64,000 bases of DNA, taken from contig JAZSMH010000060.1 in NCBI GenBank assembly GCA_045535785.1, positions 2,560 to 66,559 of the forward strand. The letters run 5' to 3'. The notes under the pieces were generated by a model that saw only the letters and a list, made by a program, of their open reading frames with translations, did no database searches and was not told the origin of the DNA. The DNA is from Clostridia bacterium (GTDB lineage: Bacteria > Bacillota > Clostridia > Christensenellales > DTU072). The position numbers and the translations under genes were made by a program. Positions within the stretch are counted from its first letter, which is position 1, and every line of letters starts with the position of its first letter. Shown here piece after piece: positions 17,394-27,873 of the stretch.

Positions 17394-17462
17394 ACCCACG
17401 GTACCCTTTTGGGGTACACACGATTTCCAATCGTGCTCCTTCGGCCCCTCGGACATCTCTCC
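17372..17462 (-). tRNA. tRNA-Ser (anticodon GGA), class II with long variable arm, CCA encoded
   Basis: The reverse complement is GGAGAGATGTCCGAGG...CACGATTGGAAATCGTG...GGTTCAAATCCCACTCTCTCCGCCA. It has a 7-bp acceptor stem, an anticodon loop TTGGAAA and a T-loop GGTTCAAATCC. Confidence 0.9.
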
Positions 17463-17481
17463 ATGGTTTATTAAGTTTTAC

Positions 17482-17513
17482 AAAAAAACGGGTACGTTTG
17501 TTTTTGCGTACCC
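17482..17513 (-). terminator. Rho-independent terminator of the metallophosphoesterase operon
   Basis: The minus strand has the stem GGGTACG/CGTACCC followed by TTTTTTT. Confidence 0.6.
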
Positions 17514-17556
17514 ATTATACTATATTATTTTTTATTTTGCAACAGTTTTATTATGT

Positions 17557-18834
17557 TTAGTCAATTATTTCGCCAGTTGATAATTGATAGCCGTAGCAGT
17601 CGAAGTTTCCGTCCGTTCCTACTTCGATAATCGTGCAACCTCTTTGTGCGGTTTCTTTTGCAATTCCGAAATATGCTAAGTAGTCGATGCTTAGGCCGTA
17701 GGTAAGTCTGATATACTTGTCGCCTTCGCCACCGTTGTACATAAGTGAGAAGTTATTGTAGTGGTCGTGGCCACAGAAGATGCCTTGAGTGGAGCCTAGT
17801 TCTAGCATTTTTTCGAACATTCCGTCGGGGCTTACGCCACAATAGATCCATTCGCCGCTGGGGTCTTCACCCATGATACCGAATTTCATATCTACGTTGT
17901 CTGTGTTTTTCTTGCCGTTATCGTACCATTCCATATATGCGTCTTTGTATTCTGCAAGCGGGATATGGAAGAAAGCAAGGGATTTTACTACGGTACCGTC
18001 GTTAAGTGCGGTAAGTTTGTTTATTTCACCTTCGTACCAGTCGATTTGGCATTCGTGGATATGGTCGTAATCTTGGAAGAAGCCTTGTTCGTAAGCATGA
18101 GAATCAAGCATAATTACGCTTTGGGTGATTTCGCCAGCGGTATTCTTAACTAAAATCATGGTGTTGCCGAATCCTGCGTTAGCTTCGATGCCTTCGTAGC
18201 CTTCGATATTCTCACCATGGAAACCGCTTTGGTACAAGCAATACTTTAGATCGCCATTTGCAATATGCTCGTTGTAATACTTATCGATATCCGCTCTATC
18301 GTAGTAGCTATATGCTTCGGTGTCGTGGTTACCATAGGTAAAAGTCCAATATACTTGAAGAGATTCCATTAGCGCGGTGAACTCTTTGATGGGAGTCATG
18401 TTGTTGAAGGTACCTGCTTGGAAAGGTACGGGGTAAGCAATATCACCGGTAACTACTACTAGGTCGGGTTTATGCTTGGTAATCATGTCTGCAATCGCAG
18501 TCATCGCCCAATTATCCTTTTGGATAGACAAGAAACCTCCGCCGATATGAACGTCGGTAAGTTGAAGAATTTTGAACTCTCTATCGGTTGTAAACGTCCA
18601 ATAGCCCGTTTCTTCATCGATAACGGGAGCGTCTAGCGCGTCTTCTTTTGCTACCGCTTGCATACTCTTTGCGTATTCGATATTACTTTCGCTACTTACG
18701 TAGTTAATTAGCGCACCAATACCGAACAATGCAACTAGTACGAATATACAACCTAAGAATGCAAGGCCTATTCTTTTGCCCATGCCCTTTTTCTTGGTCT
18801 TAACTTTGCCTTCTTGCTTACTCTTCTTTGCCAT
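17557..18834 (-). CDS. Membrane-anchored calcineurin-like metallophosphoesterase
   Basis: Motifs LTDVHIG, VTGDIAYP, GNHD and GHDH, plus an N-terminal TM segment. Confidence 0.8.
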   Translation of the reverse strand: MAKKSKQEGKVKTKKKGMGKRIGLAFLGCIFVLVALFGIGALINYVSSESNIEYAKSMQAVAKEDALDAPVIDEETGYWTFTTDREFKILQLTDVHIGGGFLSIQKDNWAMTAIADMITKHKPDLVVVTGDIAYPVPFQAGTFNNMTPIKEFTALMESLQVYWTFTYGNHDTEAYSYYDRADIDKYYNEHIANGDLKYCLYQSGFHGENIEGYEGIEANAGFGNTMILVKNTAGEITQSVIMLDSHAYEQGFFQDYDHIHECQIDWYEGEINKLTALNDGTVVKSLAFFHIPLAEYKDAYMEWYDNGKKNTDNVDMKFGIMGEDPSGEWIYCGVSPDGMFEKMLELGSTQGIFCGHDHYNNFSLMYNGGEGDKYIRLTYGLSIDYLAYFGIAKETAQRGCTIIEVGTDGNFDCYGYQLSTGEIID

Positions 18835-18838
18835 ATGG

Positions 18839-19711
18839 TCACCTCGTGGAAACAGTAATTCTTACGTCGTAGCCGAATTTTTCGGAAACGGACGCGGTTA
18901 GTTCTTCTACTACTTTATAAAGTATATCATAAGTGATGTCTTTTGTAAATATCACTTCTAAAATTAAAATCTTATTATTTACGCCATAATCGTGTAACTC
19001 TAGGCTCGTTACTTCTTCTATTTCCGTCCTTTCAAGCACGAATTCTTTTATCTTATCTACGGTTTCTTCATTTAGTTTTTTGCCTAGGATACTTTTTATT
19101 CCATCGATAAAGAGTTTTATTCCGCCAACTAGCATAATAACGGAAACGATAATACCAAACACTGCGTCTAGCCTTAACTGGATATATTTTGTAAGCAACG
19201 TGCCGATTATCGTCATTGCGGTAACCGCCGAATCGAGTATACTATCGTAAAATGCGCACTTTATTACGTCGGAATTGAGTTTTTTGTTGCATTGGTAGTA
19301 AAACACGCCTAAACCCGCTTTCAACACCATCGCACCTATCAAAATTCCGAAATACGTCCATCTAAAAACGATCAACGATGCAAGCACTAATCTATCTACT
19401 GCCGAAGTAAGGAAGGTAATACCTACTACGCAGACAACTAGCGCCATTAGCATCGACGCAACGTATTCTAATCTACCATAACCGCGCGTGACGTCTTTAT
19501 TCGTCTTGTTTTTTATGAAATAAAAACAAAAAATGGCGATAGCGCAGGTAAGCACGTCGCCTAAATTATTAATTCCGTCGCTAAAAATACTGATACTGCC
19601 GCTTGCCGTGCCTACGTAGAGTTTTACACTAAACAAAACAACGTTGACGATTACGCCAACGAGCAAGGTGAGCATAGATTTTTTGTTGCGATCGGTGTTA
19701 TTTATACTCAT
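18839..19711 (-). CDS. Cation diffusion facilitator (CDF) family transporter
   Basis: Six hydrophobic segments. SISIFSDGINNLGD resembles the CDF TM2 signature. It has a C-terminal cytoplasmic domain. Confidence 0.7.
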   Translation of the reverse strand: MSINNTDRNKKSMLTLLVGVIVNVVLFSVKLYVGTASGSISIFSDGINNLGDVLTCAIAIFCFYFIKNKTNKDVTRGYGRLEYVASMLMALVVCVVGITFLTSAVDRLVLASLIVFRWTYFGILIGAMVLKAGLGVFYYQCNKKLNSDVIKCAFYDSILDSAVTAMTIIGTLLTKYIQLRLDAVFGIIVSVIMLVGGIKLFIDGIKSILGKKLNEETVDKIKEFVLERTEIEEVTSLELHDYGVNNKILILEVIFTKDITYDILYKVVEELTASVSEKFGYDVRITVSTR

Positions 19712-19712
19712 T

Positions 19713-20819
19713 TTACTTCGAAATTCTATCTAAAAATGCCGAGAACTTCTCTTCGAAGCTTTCTTTCGTCCTTGCAATATTTTCTTCTATCGTTAGTCCT
19801 TCTTTATTCAAGGGGTTAACGCTCTCTATAGGGTTAGCGTTTAACGTACTTTCGCTTGCTTTACATTCTCCGCAAAATACGGTTATCTTCTTATTGAGCG
19901 GTCTAGATCTACCTACGATACCGCCTACTACTTTACCCATAAAACTAGTATTATCTAGTCTACCTTCGCCCGTGACGATATAGTCCGCGTCAAACGCTAA
20001 TTTTTCAAACTCGATAGCGTTAAGGAACCACTCGATACCGCTAATAAGATTACCTTTGCAAAACGCTAAAATAGCATAACCTAATCCGCCTGCAGCTCCG
20101 CAACCTGGGGTGTCGGGAGAAAGACCTTGCCTTGCCGTAAGGTCGGCAAAATACTTGACGTTATCTTCTAATATCTCGATATCCTTATCCTTAGCGCCCT
20201 TTTGGCGAGCATAAATCTTCGAACAACCGAATTCACCGTACAAGGGGTTAGTTACGTCGCAAAGTGCGGTGAAAGTAACGCCTTTTATATTGCTTTCAAA
20301 CTCGGTAGTATCGTACGAAACTATATCCTTAAGCGTGCCGCCCGTAGGGACGAAAGTATTGCCGTCTTTATCAAAAAACTTAACGCCCATAGCTGCTAGC
20401 ATACCAGCTCCGCAGTCGTTAGTCGAGCTACCGCCTAGGCATAGCACGATATGCTTTTTCTTAAGGTTAAGCGCTTGCATGATTTGTTCTCCCATACCAT
20501 ACGTAGTGGTGAATATGGGGTTCTTAATTAGAGTATTCGGTAACCCAGAACTATTGGCTACGGCTACGTAAGCGGTATCGCCTTGAACACCGTAAAGAGC
20601 GTTTACAGTGAAGTTATTACCATCGTGGACTTTGCCACCGAGCATCTTGCCGTCGAATATTTCTACGATATTCTCTACCGTACCTTCGCCACCATCGGCA
20701 ATCGGGTATGCAATAACGTCACCAAGACCTCTTTTGTCAATAAGAGATTTTGCCATAAAGCAAAACTCTTTACTCGTCATGCTGCCCTTAAAACTATCGG
20801 GGATAATTAAAAATTTCAT
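19713..20819 (-). CDS. glxK: Glycerate kinase
   Basis: The N-terminus MKFLIIPDSFKGSMTSKEF is typical, and the length and GGSSTNDCGAGML block fit. Confidence 0.8.
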   Translation of the reverse strand: MKFLIIPDSFKGSMTSKEFCFMAKSLIDKRGLGDVIAYPIADGGEGTVENIVEIFDGKMLGGKVHDGNNFTVNALYGVQGDTAYVAVANSSGLPNTLIKNPIFTTTYGMGEQIMQALNLKKKHIVLCLGGSSTNDCGAGMLAAMGVKFFDKDGNTFVPTGGTLKDIVSYDTTEFESNIKGVTFTALCDVTNPLYGEFGCSKIYARQKGAKDKDIEILEDNVKYFADLTARQGLSPDTPGCGAAGGLGYAILAFCKGNLISGIEWFLNAIEFEKLAFDADYIVTGEGRLDNTSFMGKVVGGIVGRSRPLNKKITVFCGECKASESTLNANPIESVNPLNKEGLTIEENIARTKESFEEKFSAFLDRISK

Positions 20820-20938
20820 ACTCTACTCCCTAAAGAAAGATTGTTACATTGCATTGACACATTTTGTCAACTATATTATAATATAGTTTATAAATTTATG
20901 CAAGGGTGAAAGGTAATTTACCTTCAAGAAGGTGCAAT

Positions 20939-22009
20939 ATGTATAAAAAGATAGCTTTAATAAAAGGTGACGGAATTGGTCCGGAAATCGTAGAATCAGC
21001 AGTGAGAGTGCTTAACGCTATTGCCGTTAAATACGGACATGAGTTTAGTTACGTAGACGCACCTATGGGTGGCAACGCGTACGACACTTATGGTGAACCT
21101 TTACCGCAAAGCAGTATCGATACTTGCCTAAAGAGTGACGCTGTTCTTCTCGGTGCAGTCGGCGGTAAAAAGTGGGATACTCTCCCCGGCAACAAGCGTC
21201 CCGAAGCGGGTTTACTCGGAATAAGAAAAGCGTTGAAACTTTATGCTAACATTCGTCCTGCAAAACTTTATCCCGCGTTAAAAAATAGAAGTCCGTTGCG
21301 TGACGAAGTAATAAAAGACGGCTTTGATATCGTAATCGTAAGAGAACTTACGGGCGGAATTTATTTTGGCGAAAAAGGTACTCGCAGGGGTGAACTTGGC
21401 CGTGAATCTTACGATACCGAATGTTATTCTGAGATAGAAATTGAAAGAATTGCAAGAGTTGCTTTTGAAATGGCGCAAAGAAGAAAGCATAAATTAGTAA
21501 GCATCGACAAAGCTAACGTTATGGAAAGTTCTCGCCTATGGAGATACGTTATTCACGAAGTAGCGCAAGACTATCCCGACGTAAGTGTAGAAGATATGCT
21601 CGTAGATAACGCTGCTATGCAGTTAGCAAAGAACCCTGCACAGTTCGACGTAATAGTAACTAGCAACATATTCGGTGATATCCTTAGCGATCTTGCTAGC
21701 GCGTTAACGGGAAGTATCGGTCTACTACCCTCTTCTTCTAACAACGATACTTTACTCGGTCTATACGAACCTATTCACGGTTCTGCCCCCGATCTAGCAC
21801 GCAACGTTGCTAACCCTATCGCTACTATTTTGTCCGCTACTATGCTACTAGAAAATAGTTTTTGTCTATACGATGAAGCTAACGATATTCGTGAAGCGGT
21901 AGAAAAAGCCCTTAACGATAACTTCCGTACCGCGGATATTTATCAAGAAGGCTCAACTTTATGCTCTACTAGCGAAATGACTGATAAAATAATAAGTTAC
22001 ATTTTATAA
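20939..22009 (+). CDS. leuB: 3-isopropylmalate dehydrogenase (isocitrate/isopropylmalate dehydrogenase family)
   Basis: Motifs KIALIKGDGIGPEIV, LYANIRP, VRELTGGIYFG and NIFGDILSD. ATG 20939, with a GAAGGTG RBS, is preferred over the GTG at 20906. Confidence 0.8.
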   Translation: MYKKIALIKGDGIGPEIVESAVRVLNAIAVKYGHEFSYVDAPMGGNAYDTYGEPLPQSSIDTCLKSDAVLLGAVGGKKWDTLPGNKRPEAGLLGIRKALKLYANIRPAKLYPALKNRSPLRDEVIKDGFDIVIVRELTGGIYFGEKGTRRGELGRESYDTECYSEIEIERIARVAFEMAQRRKHKLVSIDKANVMESSRLWRYVIHEVAQDYPDVSVEDMLVDNAAMQLAKNPAQFDVIVTSNIFGDILSDLASALTGSIGLLPSSSNNDTLLGLYEPIHGSAPDLARNVANPIATILSATMLLENSFCLYDEANDIREAVEKALNDNFRTADIYQEGSTLCSTSEMTDKIISYIL

Positions 22010-22024
22010 AAATAAGGGAAAATT

Positions 22025-22789
22025 ATGGAAAATTATGAAAAAACAACTGAAAACGTGACGGAAAACGTTGAAATGGAAAATGCAGAAGCCGTCACCGACG
22101 TTAAAAAAACCAAGAAAGAAAATGCTTTCGTAAGTTTTTTATTGTCCGATTGGCGACAATACCGTAAGTCGCAAATAATAGCGATTAATGCCCTACTTTG
22201 CGCATTGGTATTGTTGTTCGTGCTAGTGCCTTTGAAACTAGGCGTATTAGATTTAGCGGTAATTCCAATCATTGCAATAATAATAAGTGCGGAAGTGCTA
22301 GGTGTATTCAACGGCGTATTAACAGGACTTTTCTTTGCGTTCGTATCATTCTTCAACCACTTGGCAAGGCCCGGTGTATTGAGTCCCGTGTTTATACAAA
22401 ATCCGTTAGTTACCTTCTTACCGAGAATATTGATGCCGATAATGGTTTTCCTTGCAATAAAACTACTCGACTACTTGTTCTCTAAAATCAAGTACAATTC
22501 GGAAAAGAGCAAAAAAATAACACCGAAAATCCTTGATACTATCAAATATTCCGTTGGTGCGTGCTTTGGTGTAATTACTAATACCGCAGGTGTACTTGGA
22601 TTTATGTTCGCATTTTATGGTGGTAACACCCTTGACACTGGCATTGCTATTACCGCAGAATTCATATCTGGAATAATTGCAACTAACGCGGTGCTTGAGC
22701 TTATCGTATGTGCTCTAGTTACACCTGCCGTTACTATCGCGGTGAAGAAAACTCTTTCTCTCACCATGAAAAAGCGCGTAAAGAATTAA
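22025..22789 (+). CDS. Multi-pass membrane protein (ECF-transporter S-component-like, uncertain)
   Basis: Acidic N-terminal tail followed by about 6 TM segments. No firm motif. Confidence 0.4.
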   Translation: MENYEKTTENVTENVEMENAEAVTDVKKTKKENAFVSFLLSDWRQYRKSQIIAINALLCALVLLFVLVPLKLGVLDLAVIPIIAIIISAEVLGVFNGVLTGLFFAFVSFFNHLARPGVLSPVFIQNPLVTFLPRILMPIMVFLAIKLLDYLFSKIKYNSEKSKKITPKILDTIKYSVGACFGVITNTAGVLGFMFAFYGGNTLDTGIAITAEFISGIIATNAVLELIVCALVTPAVTIAVKKTLSLTMKKRVKN

Positions 22790-23475
22790 TCTAAATCGCT
22801 ATTTTTAGTTAAATTGCCGTTGCTCTTTGCAGCGGCTTTTTTGTTACTAACAAAGATTTTTATAACAAGTGAAACTAACGATATTATAACAAAAACGGTC
22901 AACGCAAGTAAAATATACGGTGCGTAAGCACCTAGTGCAAGGTTAAGTAACGTTATTATAAGTCCTGCCGTAAAATTACCTAGTGTTACCGCTATAATAC
23001 TATAACGGTGTTTTATATCTAAAAATGCGCTAATTGCACTACCCGTCCATACTCCAGTCATTGGAAGGGGTATTGCAACGAATAGGTATATACCTACTAT
23101 TTTTTTGATAAGCGTATTATTTGGGCGCCTACTATCGTCTTTTACGTCAGTGATTTTTTTAGCCTTTGATAAGAATAAATTTTCCATTCCTTCTGCAAGA
23201 CGAAGAAAAATTTTCGTTCTTTTTAACGCGTTTAATAACGGTCTTAATATGATCAACAAAATTGGACAAACGATAATTGCACTCACTGAAGAAAGAAGCC
23301 ATGCTTCTATCGGATTTAGGCCTAGGCTGATACCTACGGTGACGGCTCCGCGTACTTCTATCAACGGTACAACGGATATAATTGCCGTAACTAAGTATGG
23401 GTTAATGGTAAAAGTTGATTTTATAAATTCTAAAATAATTTCGGTCATACAATAATTTATTATGACCGAATACAA
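22786..23475 (-). CDS. Small multidrug-export-like membrane protein (COG2426-like, uncertain)
   Basis: VVPLIEVRGAVTVG near the N-terminus and multiple TM segments. The likely start is ATG 23448 (MTEIILEF); the track start is TTG. Confidence 0.45.
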   Translation of the reverse strand: MYSVIINYCMTEIILEFIKSTFTINPYLVTAIISVVPLIEVRGAVTVGISLGLNPIEAWLLSSVSAIIVCPILLIILRPLLNALKRTKIFLRLAEGMENLFLSKAKKITDVKDDSRRPNNTLIKKIVGIYLFVAIPLPMTGVWTGSAISAFLDIKHRYSIIAVTLGNFTAGLIITLLNLALGAYAPYILLALTVFVIISLVSLVIKIFVSNKKAAAKSNGNLTKNSDLD

Positions 23476-23487
23476 AATTATTCTTCG

Positions 23488-25383
23488 TTATTTTTCGGGA
23501 TTAACTAGACAATTAGTTATTATCACTCTATGTGTATCGGCAGAGTCGATGACAATTTCGCCTCTTTCGTAAGTGAAATTGTTGCCATAATATAAGCTGT
23601 CGTGGAATAGTCCCAATACGGGTTTGTTTTGCGAAAGATAACCTTTGGATAAGAATTCTAACGTAATTCTTATATCGCTTACTAAACCACAAAAACCACT
23701 TAATTCTAGTCCACCCTCTCTATTAACGTAGGTAATATTTTGTTCTTCAGTAACAACGTCGCTATCATTAAGAACAATAGTATAAAAACCGTTGCTGTCC
23801 GTCAAAAATTCAGTTTTTTGCACAATAACAGGACCGTTGACGATTTCTACCATAGCAAACACACGTGCATTGTCGATACCCGAATATATTCCATCGTTAA
23901 TATAATCGTCACAGTTCTTATCTTCGTAAATATATCCACAAACGAGCGTTCTTCCTTCAAAAGAACAATATTGATAATTTTCACTTCTGAACGTCGGTAA
24001 AACGTAGTCTTGATAATTAAAGACAATCGTGCCGTTAACGTCGGTGTCCTTGGTGGGAATTGTTTTTCTCTTTTGTGTAAATTGCATACCCTCGAGCGCT
24101 TTTACGTACACGGTAGGCGTCCATGCGCCTATCCCAAAACTGAATCCGCGCGTCGCGCCTGCGCTCGCGTTGTAATCATTGGATACCGCTCTATCGTTGA
24201 GGATAGGGCGAGTATGATTCTTGCCCCAATTCGTGGTGTCATAATAATTATAATCAAGATGCTCTTTGTACGAATGTGGATAACCTACTGCGTATTCGTC
24301 TGTGGTATTCGATCTATCGAAAGAATCGTCGCTACCTATAACACTATAAATATAAAAATCAAGCGCCACTCTACCTTTTGATAAATAGTTACTAAACGAT
24401 TGATTAGTCGTGTAACTTTGTGAAAGCGTCAAATATGCGCTGTTCTTCTTTATGTTTTTAAAAATATCGCTATCGGTAGGTCTATCAGCTAAATATCTTT
24501 TTTGCGTGCCGTTAACCTCTTCCGTATCAATCATTTCTACCACAATAGGGGTAGAATCTAATCTGTCTACAAACTCACTTACCACTCCTAATGTGCCGTT
24601 ATGGGTATCTATTTCACTATTAAACGGTATACTAAAATTGAGATTATCGCTACTTAAATACGCATCGCATAACGTAAGGCGCGATGGCATCAAAAAGTCG
24701 GCGTTATTAATTTCAGCGCTGTTAGAATATAGATAGCCTGCTACTGCCGTTGCTAGAATTGAGCCTACACTACTAGATATAAATCTTATCTCGCTAGCTA
24801 TGGGATACTTGGACAATTCTTCTACGAGCATAGCGGAAACAACCTCGGTAAGTGAATAGTTAAAATCTATTTGTTTTACGCTACCATTATTAAGATATCT
24901 AGACTTATAGGTAGAGAGAATTTTCGTCACTATATCGTCGTTAGTTTCGCCTAAATAGAATTTCTCCGTATGGATAATAGCAACGTTGTACTCGCCTACT
25001 TTTAACCAATAATTGGTCATATCGTAGAATTTTGTATCTTGCGTATCTATAAGTCCTTTTGCTCGCCATCCTATGGTGCTAGCATTAACAATTTCGTCAT
25101 AGTCGGTAACGCTTGAATTATAGACGGCTTTATCCAAATTAATGGTAAAATTCTCTTCATTCTCACCATGAAAAAATATTGCCGTAGGTTTGTTACCGTC
25201 GAATTCTTCATTGAGCCATTCTATAGAAAGTGCACCGTCGTTAATAGCTTCGCTATAGCCTTTTATATTAGATGTAGATAAGAATTTATCTTTATCTTGA
25301 CAGGAAACTAGCAAAACTAGCATAAGTACTAATATTGCTAAAATTATCGTTACTATGGAAAGTTTTGCCGTTCCTTTTTTCAT
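23488..25383 (-). CDS. Secreted lipoprotein, function unknown
   Basis: Signal peptide with a lipobox-like LLVSC. It starts 3 nt downstream of the topoisomerase A subunit gene. Confidence 0.6.
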   Translation of the reverse strand: MKKGTAKLSIVTIILAILVLMLVLLVSCQDKDKFLSTSNIKGYSEAINDGALSIEWLNEEFDGNKPTAIFFHGENEENFTINLDKAVYNSSVTDYDEIVNASTIGWRAKGLIDTQDTKFYDMTNYWLKVGEYNVAIIHTEKFYLGETNDDIVTKILSTYKSRYLNNGSVKQIDFNYSLTEVVSAMLVEELSKYPIASEIRFISSSVGSILATAVAGYLYSNSAEINNADFLMPSRLTLCDAYLSSDNLNFSIPFNSEIDTHNGTLGVVSEFVDRLDSTPIVVEMIDTEEVNGTQKRYLADRPTDSDIFKNIKKNSAYLTLSQSYTTNQSFSNYLSKGRVALDFYIYSVIGSDDSFDRSNTTDEYAVGYPHSYKEHLDYNYYDTTNWGKNHTRPILNDRAVSNDYNASAGATRGFSFGIGAWTPTVYVKALEGMQFTQKRKTIPTKDTDVNGTIVFNYQDYVLPTFRSENYQYCSFEGRTLVCGYIYEDKNCDDYINDGIYSGIDNARVFAMVEIVNGPVIVQKTEFLTDSNGFYTIVLNDSDVVTEEQNITYVNREGGLELSGFCGLVSDIRITLEFLSKGYLSQNKPVLGLFHDSLYYGNNFTYERGEIVIDSADTHRVIITNCLVNPEK

Positions 25384-25386
25384 GCG

Positions 25387-27873
25387 TTATACCTCGAATA
25401 AGTGTTTCGTTGCGTTAATACCGCCTACTGCTTGTTCGCAGGGTTTACCTTTACTTTTTGCTACTCTTGATATTACTATATCTTCAGTGTTAACGACGTT
25501 AACGCTACCGCTCTTGTCGGTAATCGCTATATCGTAAGCATTAGTTACTACGCCTGCATATAATAGGTCGCCTGCCTTGACGTCTATTAATTGAACACCT
25601 TTACGCGCACGCTTCATACTCTCTGCAGTCATTGCTAGCACGCGCTTAGCTAAGCCACTCTTCGTTATAAATATTACTTCGCCTACGGCGACTCCGTCGG
25701 TAGGATCGGTTTCTAGTTGTCCAGCAAAGCTTACTTTGACCTTATCGGTTAGATTAATACCGATTACACCACCGGACTTCCTCCCCGTAACGCTGAATTC
25801 TTCGTGAGGTACGTTAACTACGTAGCCGTCTTCGGATATAATAAATACCGCGCTATTGTCGTCGAGAATCTCAACGTTAATGATTTCGTCATCGTCTTTA
25901 AGTACTGCCGCTTGATAGTAATTCTTGTTGACGATATATTCTCTTACGGGCGTTCTCTTAACCATACCGTTCTTGGTGAAGAAGTATAGATCTTTTTCTA
26001 AATCGCTTTCTTCAAACGCAAATACTTTGATAAATCTTTCGTCCATAGTAGCGTCGGGACAAAGGTCGAATACGTTGTAACCGTCACTAGTAGATCTACC
26101 TTCTTCGAGCATATCGGTGTTAATTCTTACGCAGTTACCTCTATTGGTAAAGCCGTATGCTTGTTTGCCTTGCTCTACGTATACTTGACCTACTATTACT
26201 TCGGCTATTTCACTTGGATGCGCTCTACCCGATGCGTTAAGGAATTGAACCTTACTTGCAAATCTTATTTTGCCGTCCATTCCGCAAACTACGTAGCCGC
26301 GCTTGCCGCCACCAGCTTTGCCTGCTTCGAAAGGTTTGTGTTCGATTTCTTCAAGGTCTTTAACGATAGTGGTAAGACGTTTTGAACGGAATTTGTTCCT
26401 GATCTCCAACAATTCTTGTCTTACAACCTTTAATTGTTCAGCTTTTGAGCCCGTTATCTTAACGAGGCGTTCTATCGTCTTCTTAAGAGCGGCAAGCTCG
26501 TTTTCTATTTTGTTAACTTCTAGTCTTGTTAAATTAACTAGACGTAAATCTAATATAGCGTCCGCTTGCTTTTCGGTAATTGCGTATTTTGCTCTTAATT
26601 TATCTTTTGCTTCGGTACGAGAACCGCTTGCTTTGATAATCGCTACTACTCCGTCAATGTCAGGTAAAATAATTGCGTATCCGTCTAAAATATGTTCGCG
26701 CTTACGTGCGTTGTTTAAGTCGAATTGGCTACGCTTATAAATAACGTCTCTTTGGTGAGCGATATAATACTTAAGAATTTGGATAAGACCTAGTTGTTGC
26801 GGTCTACCATCCGCTATCATCGTCATATTGACGTTGAAGTTACATTGAAGTTGCGTCTTCTTATAGAGAATATCAAGAACTTTGGTCGCGTCTTCCCCTT
26901 TCTTTATCTTGATAGCAACTCTTATACCCGTTCTATCCGATTCATCAGCTATTTCTTGAATAGCGGTAAGGGGCGCGAGTTTTGGATCCTTGCTTGCAAC
27001 AGCTTGTTCACGCAATTCTTTTATTTTAATTTGTAACGCGCTCTTATTTACCTTGTAGGGGATTTCGTGAATGATAATCTTTTGTCTACCGCTCTCGTTT
27101 TCGATATCGACCTTTGCACGCATAATAACCTTACCGCGTCCGGTAGTATAAATATCCTTAAAAGTGTCGCCTTCTGCTACGAAACCGCCCGTAGGAAAGT
27201 CGGGGCCTTTTATGATAGTAAGTAGTTCGTCAATGCTAATCTTGGGGTTATCGATAACCGCCACCGTACCGTCAATGACTTCCGTAAGGTTGTGTGGCGG
27301 GATATCGGTAGCAAGACCTATTGCTATACCGTAGGAACCGTTAACTAAGATATTGGGAAAACGTCCCGGTAGAAGGTCGGGTTCTTTTAAACTATCGTCG
27401 AAGTTCTTAACGAATCTAACGGTGTCCTTGTCTAAATCGCGCAATAATTCGCAAGCGAGTGCTTCTAGTTTTACTTCGGTATAACGCATTGCAGCAGCGC
27501 CGTCACCGTCGATAGAACCGAAGTTTCCGTTACCGTCGACAAGGGGTTCTCTCATGTTGAAGTCTTGGGCTAAATTAACCATTGCTTGGTATACCGAGCT
27601 ATCACCGTGGGGATGGTATTTACCTAGACAGTCACCGACTACTCTTGCCGACTTCTTGTAAGGGCCGTCGGGTTTCATGTTGAGTTCGTGCATGGTAAAG
27701 AGTATTCTTCTTTGAACGGGCTTCAAGCCGTCTTCTACTCTAGGTAATGCACGCTCTAATATTACGCTCTCGGCGTAAGGCATCATATAGTCGTGAATTG
27801 CTTTTTCTAATGGGCAATTGACAATTTTCTCTTCAAAAACAGCTTCTACTGCTTCTTTTTTTCTAGCACACAT
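25387..27873 (-). CDS. Type IIA DNA topoisomerase subunit A (GyrA/ParC family)
   Basis: Contains [28 protein letters not shown] and a beta-pinwheel C-terminal region. Whether it is gyrase or topo IV is not resolved. Confidence 0.9.
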   Translation of the reverse strand: MCARKKEAVEAVFEEKIVNCPLEKAIHDYMMPYAESVILERALPRVEDGLKPVQRRILFTMHELNMKPDGPYKKSARVVGDCLGKYHPHGDSSVYQAMVNLAQDFNMREPLVDGNGNFGSIDGDGAAAMRYTEVKLEALACELLRDLDKDTVRFVKNFDDSLKEPDLLPGRFPNILVNGSYGIAIGLATDIPPHNLTEVIDGTVAVIDNPKISIDELLTIIKGPDFPTGGFVAEGDTFKDIYTTGRGKVIMRAKVDIENESGRQKIIIHEIPYKVNKSALQIKIKELREQAVASKDPKLAPLTAIQEIADESDRTGIRVAIKIKKGEDATKVLDILYKKTQLQCNFNVNMTMIADGRPQQLGLIQILKYYIAHQRDVIYKRSQFDLNNARKREHILDGYAIILPDIDGVVAIIKASGSRTEAKDKLRAKYAITEKQADAILDLRLVNLTRLEVNKIENELAALKKTIERLVKITGSKAEQLKVVRQELLEIRNKFRSKRLTTIVKDLEEIEHKPFEAGKAGGGKRGYVVCGMDGKIRFASKVQFLNASGRAHPSEIAEVIVGQVYVEQGKQAYGFTNRGNCVRINTDMLEEGRSTSDGYNVFDLCPDATMDERFIKVFAFEESDLEKDLYFFTKNGMVKRTPVREYIVNKNYYQAAVLKDDDEIINVEILDDNSAVFIISEDGYVVNVPHEEFSVTGRKSGGVIGINLTDKVKVSFAGQLETDPTDGVAVGEVIFITKSGLAKRVLAMTAESMKRARKGVQLIDVKAGDLLYAGVVTNAYDIAITDKSGSVNVVNTEDIVISRVAKSKGKPCEQAVGGINATKHLFEV

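Noticed and set aside
17243-17580. ORFs 17243..17464(-) and 17365..17580(+)
   Set aside because: Both read through the tRNA-Ser gene and the terminator hairpin, so they are artefacts.
20939-22009. Orphan leuB as evidence of an unusual pathway
   Set aside because: Isopropylmalate, isocitrate and tartrate dehydrogenases are hard to separate by eye. The absence of leuA/CD from the window says nothing about the rest of the genome.
26303-26740. Long antisense or alternate-frame ORFs inside large genes (e.g. 26303..26740, 37446..37883, 42245..42736, 46903..47358, 62919..63446, 39343..39828)
   Set aside because: These are shadow ORFs inside confidently assigned CDSs. They have low-complexity composition and no independent start signals.
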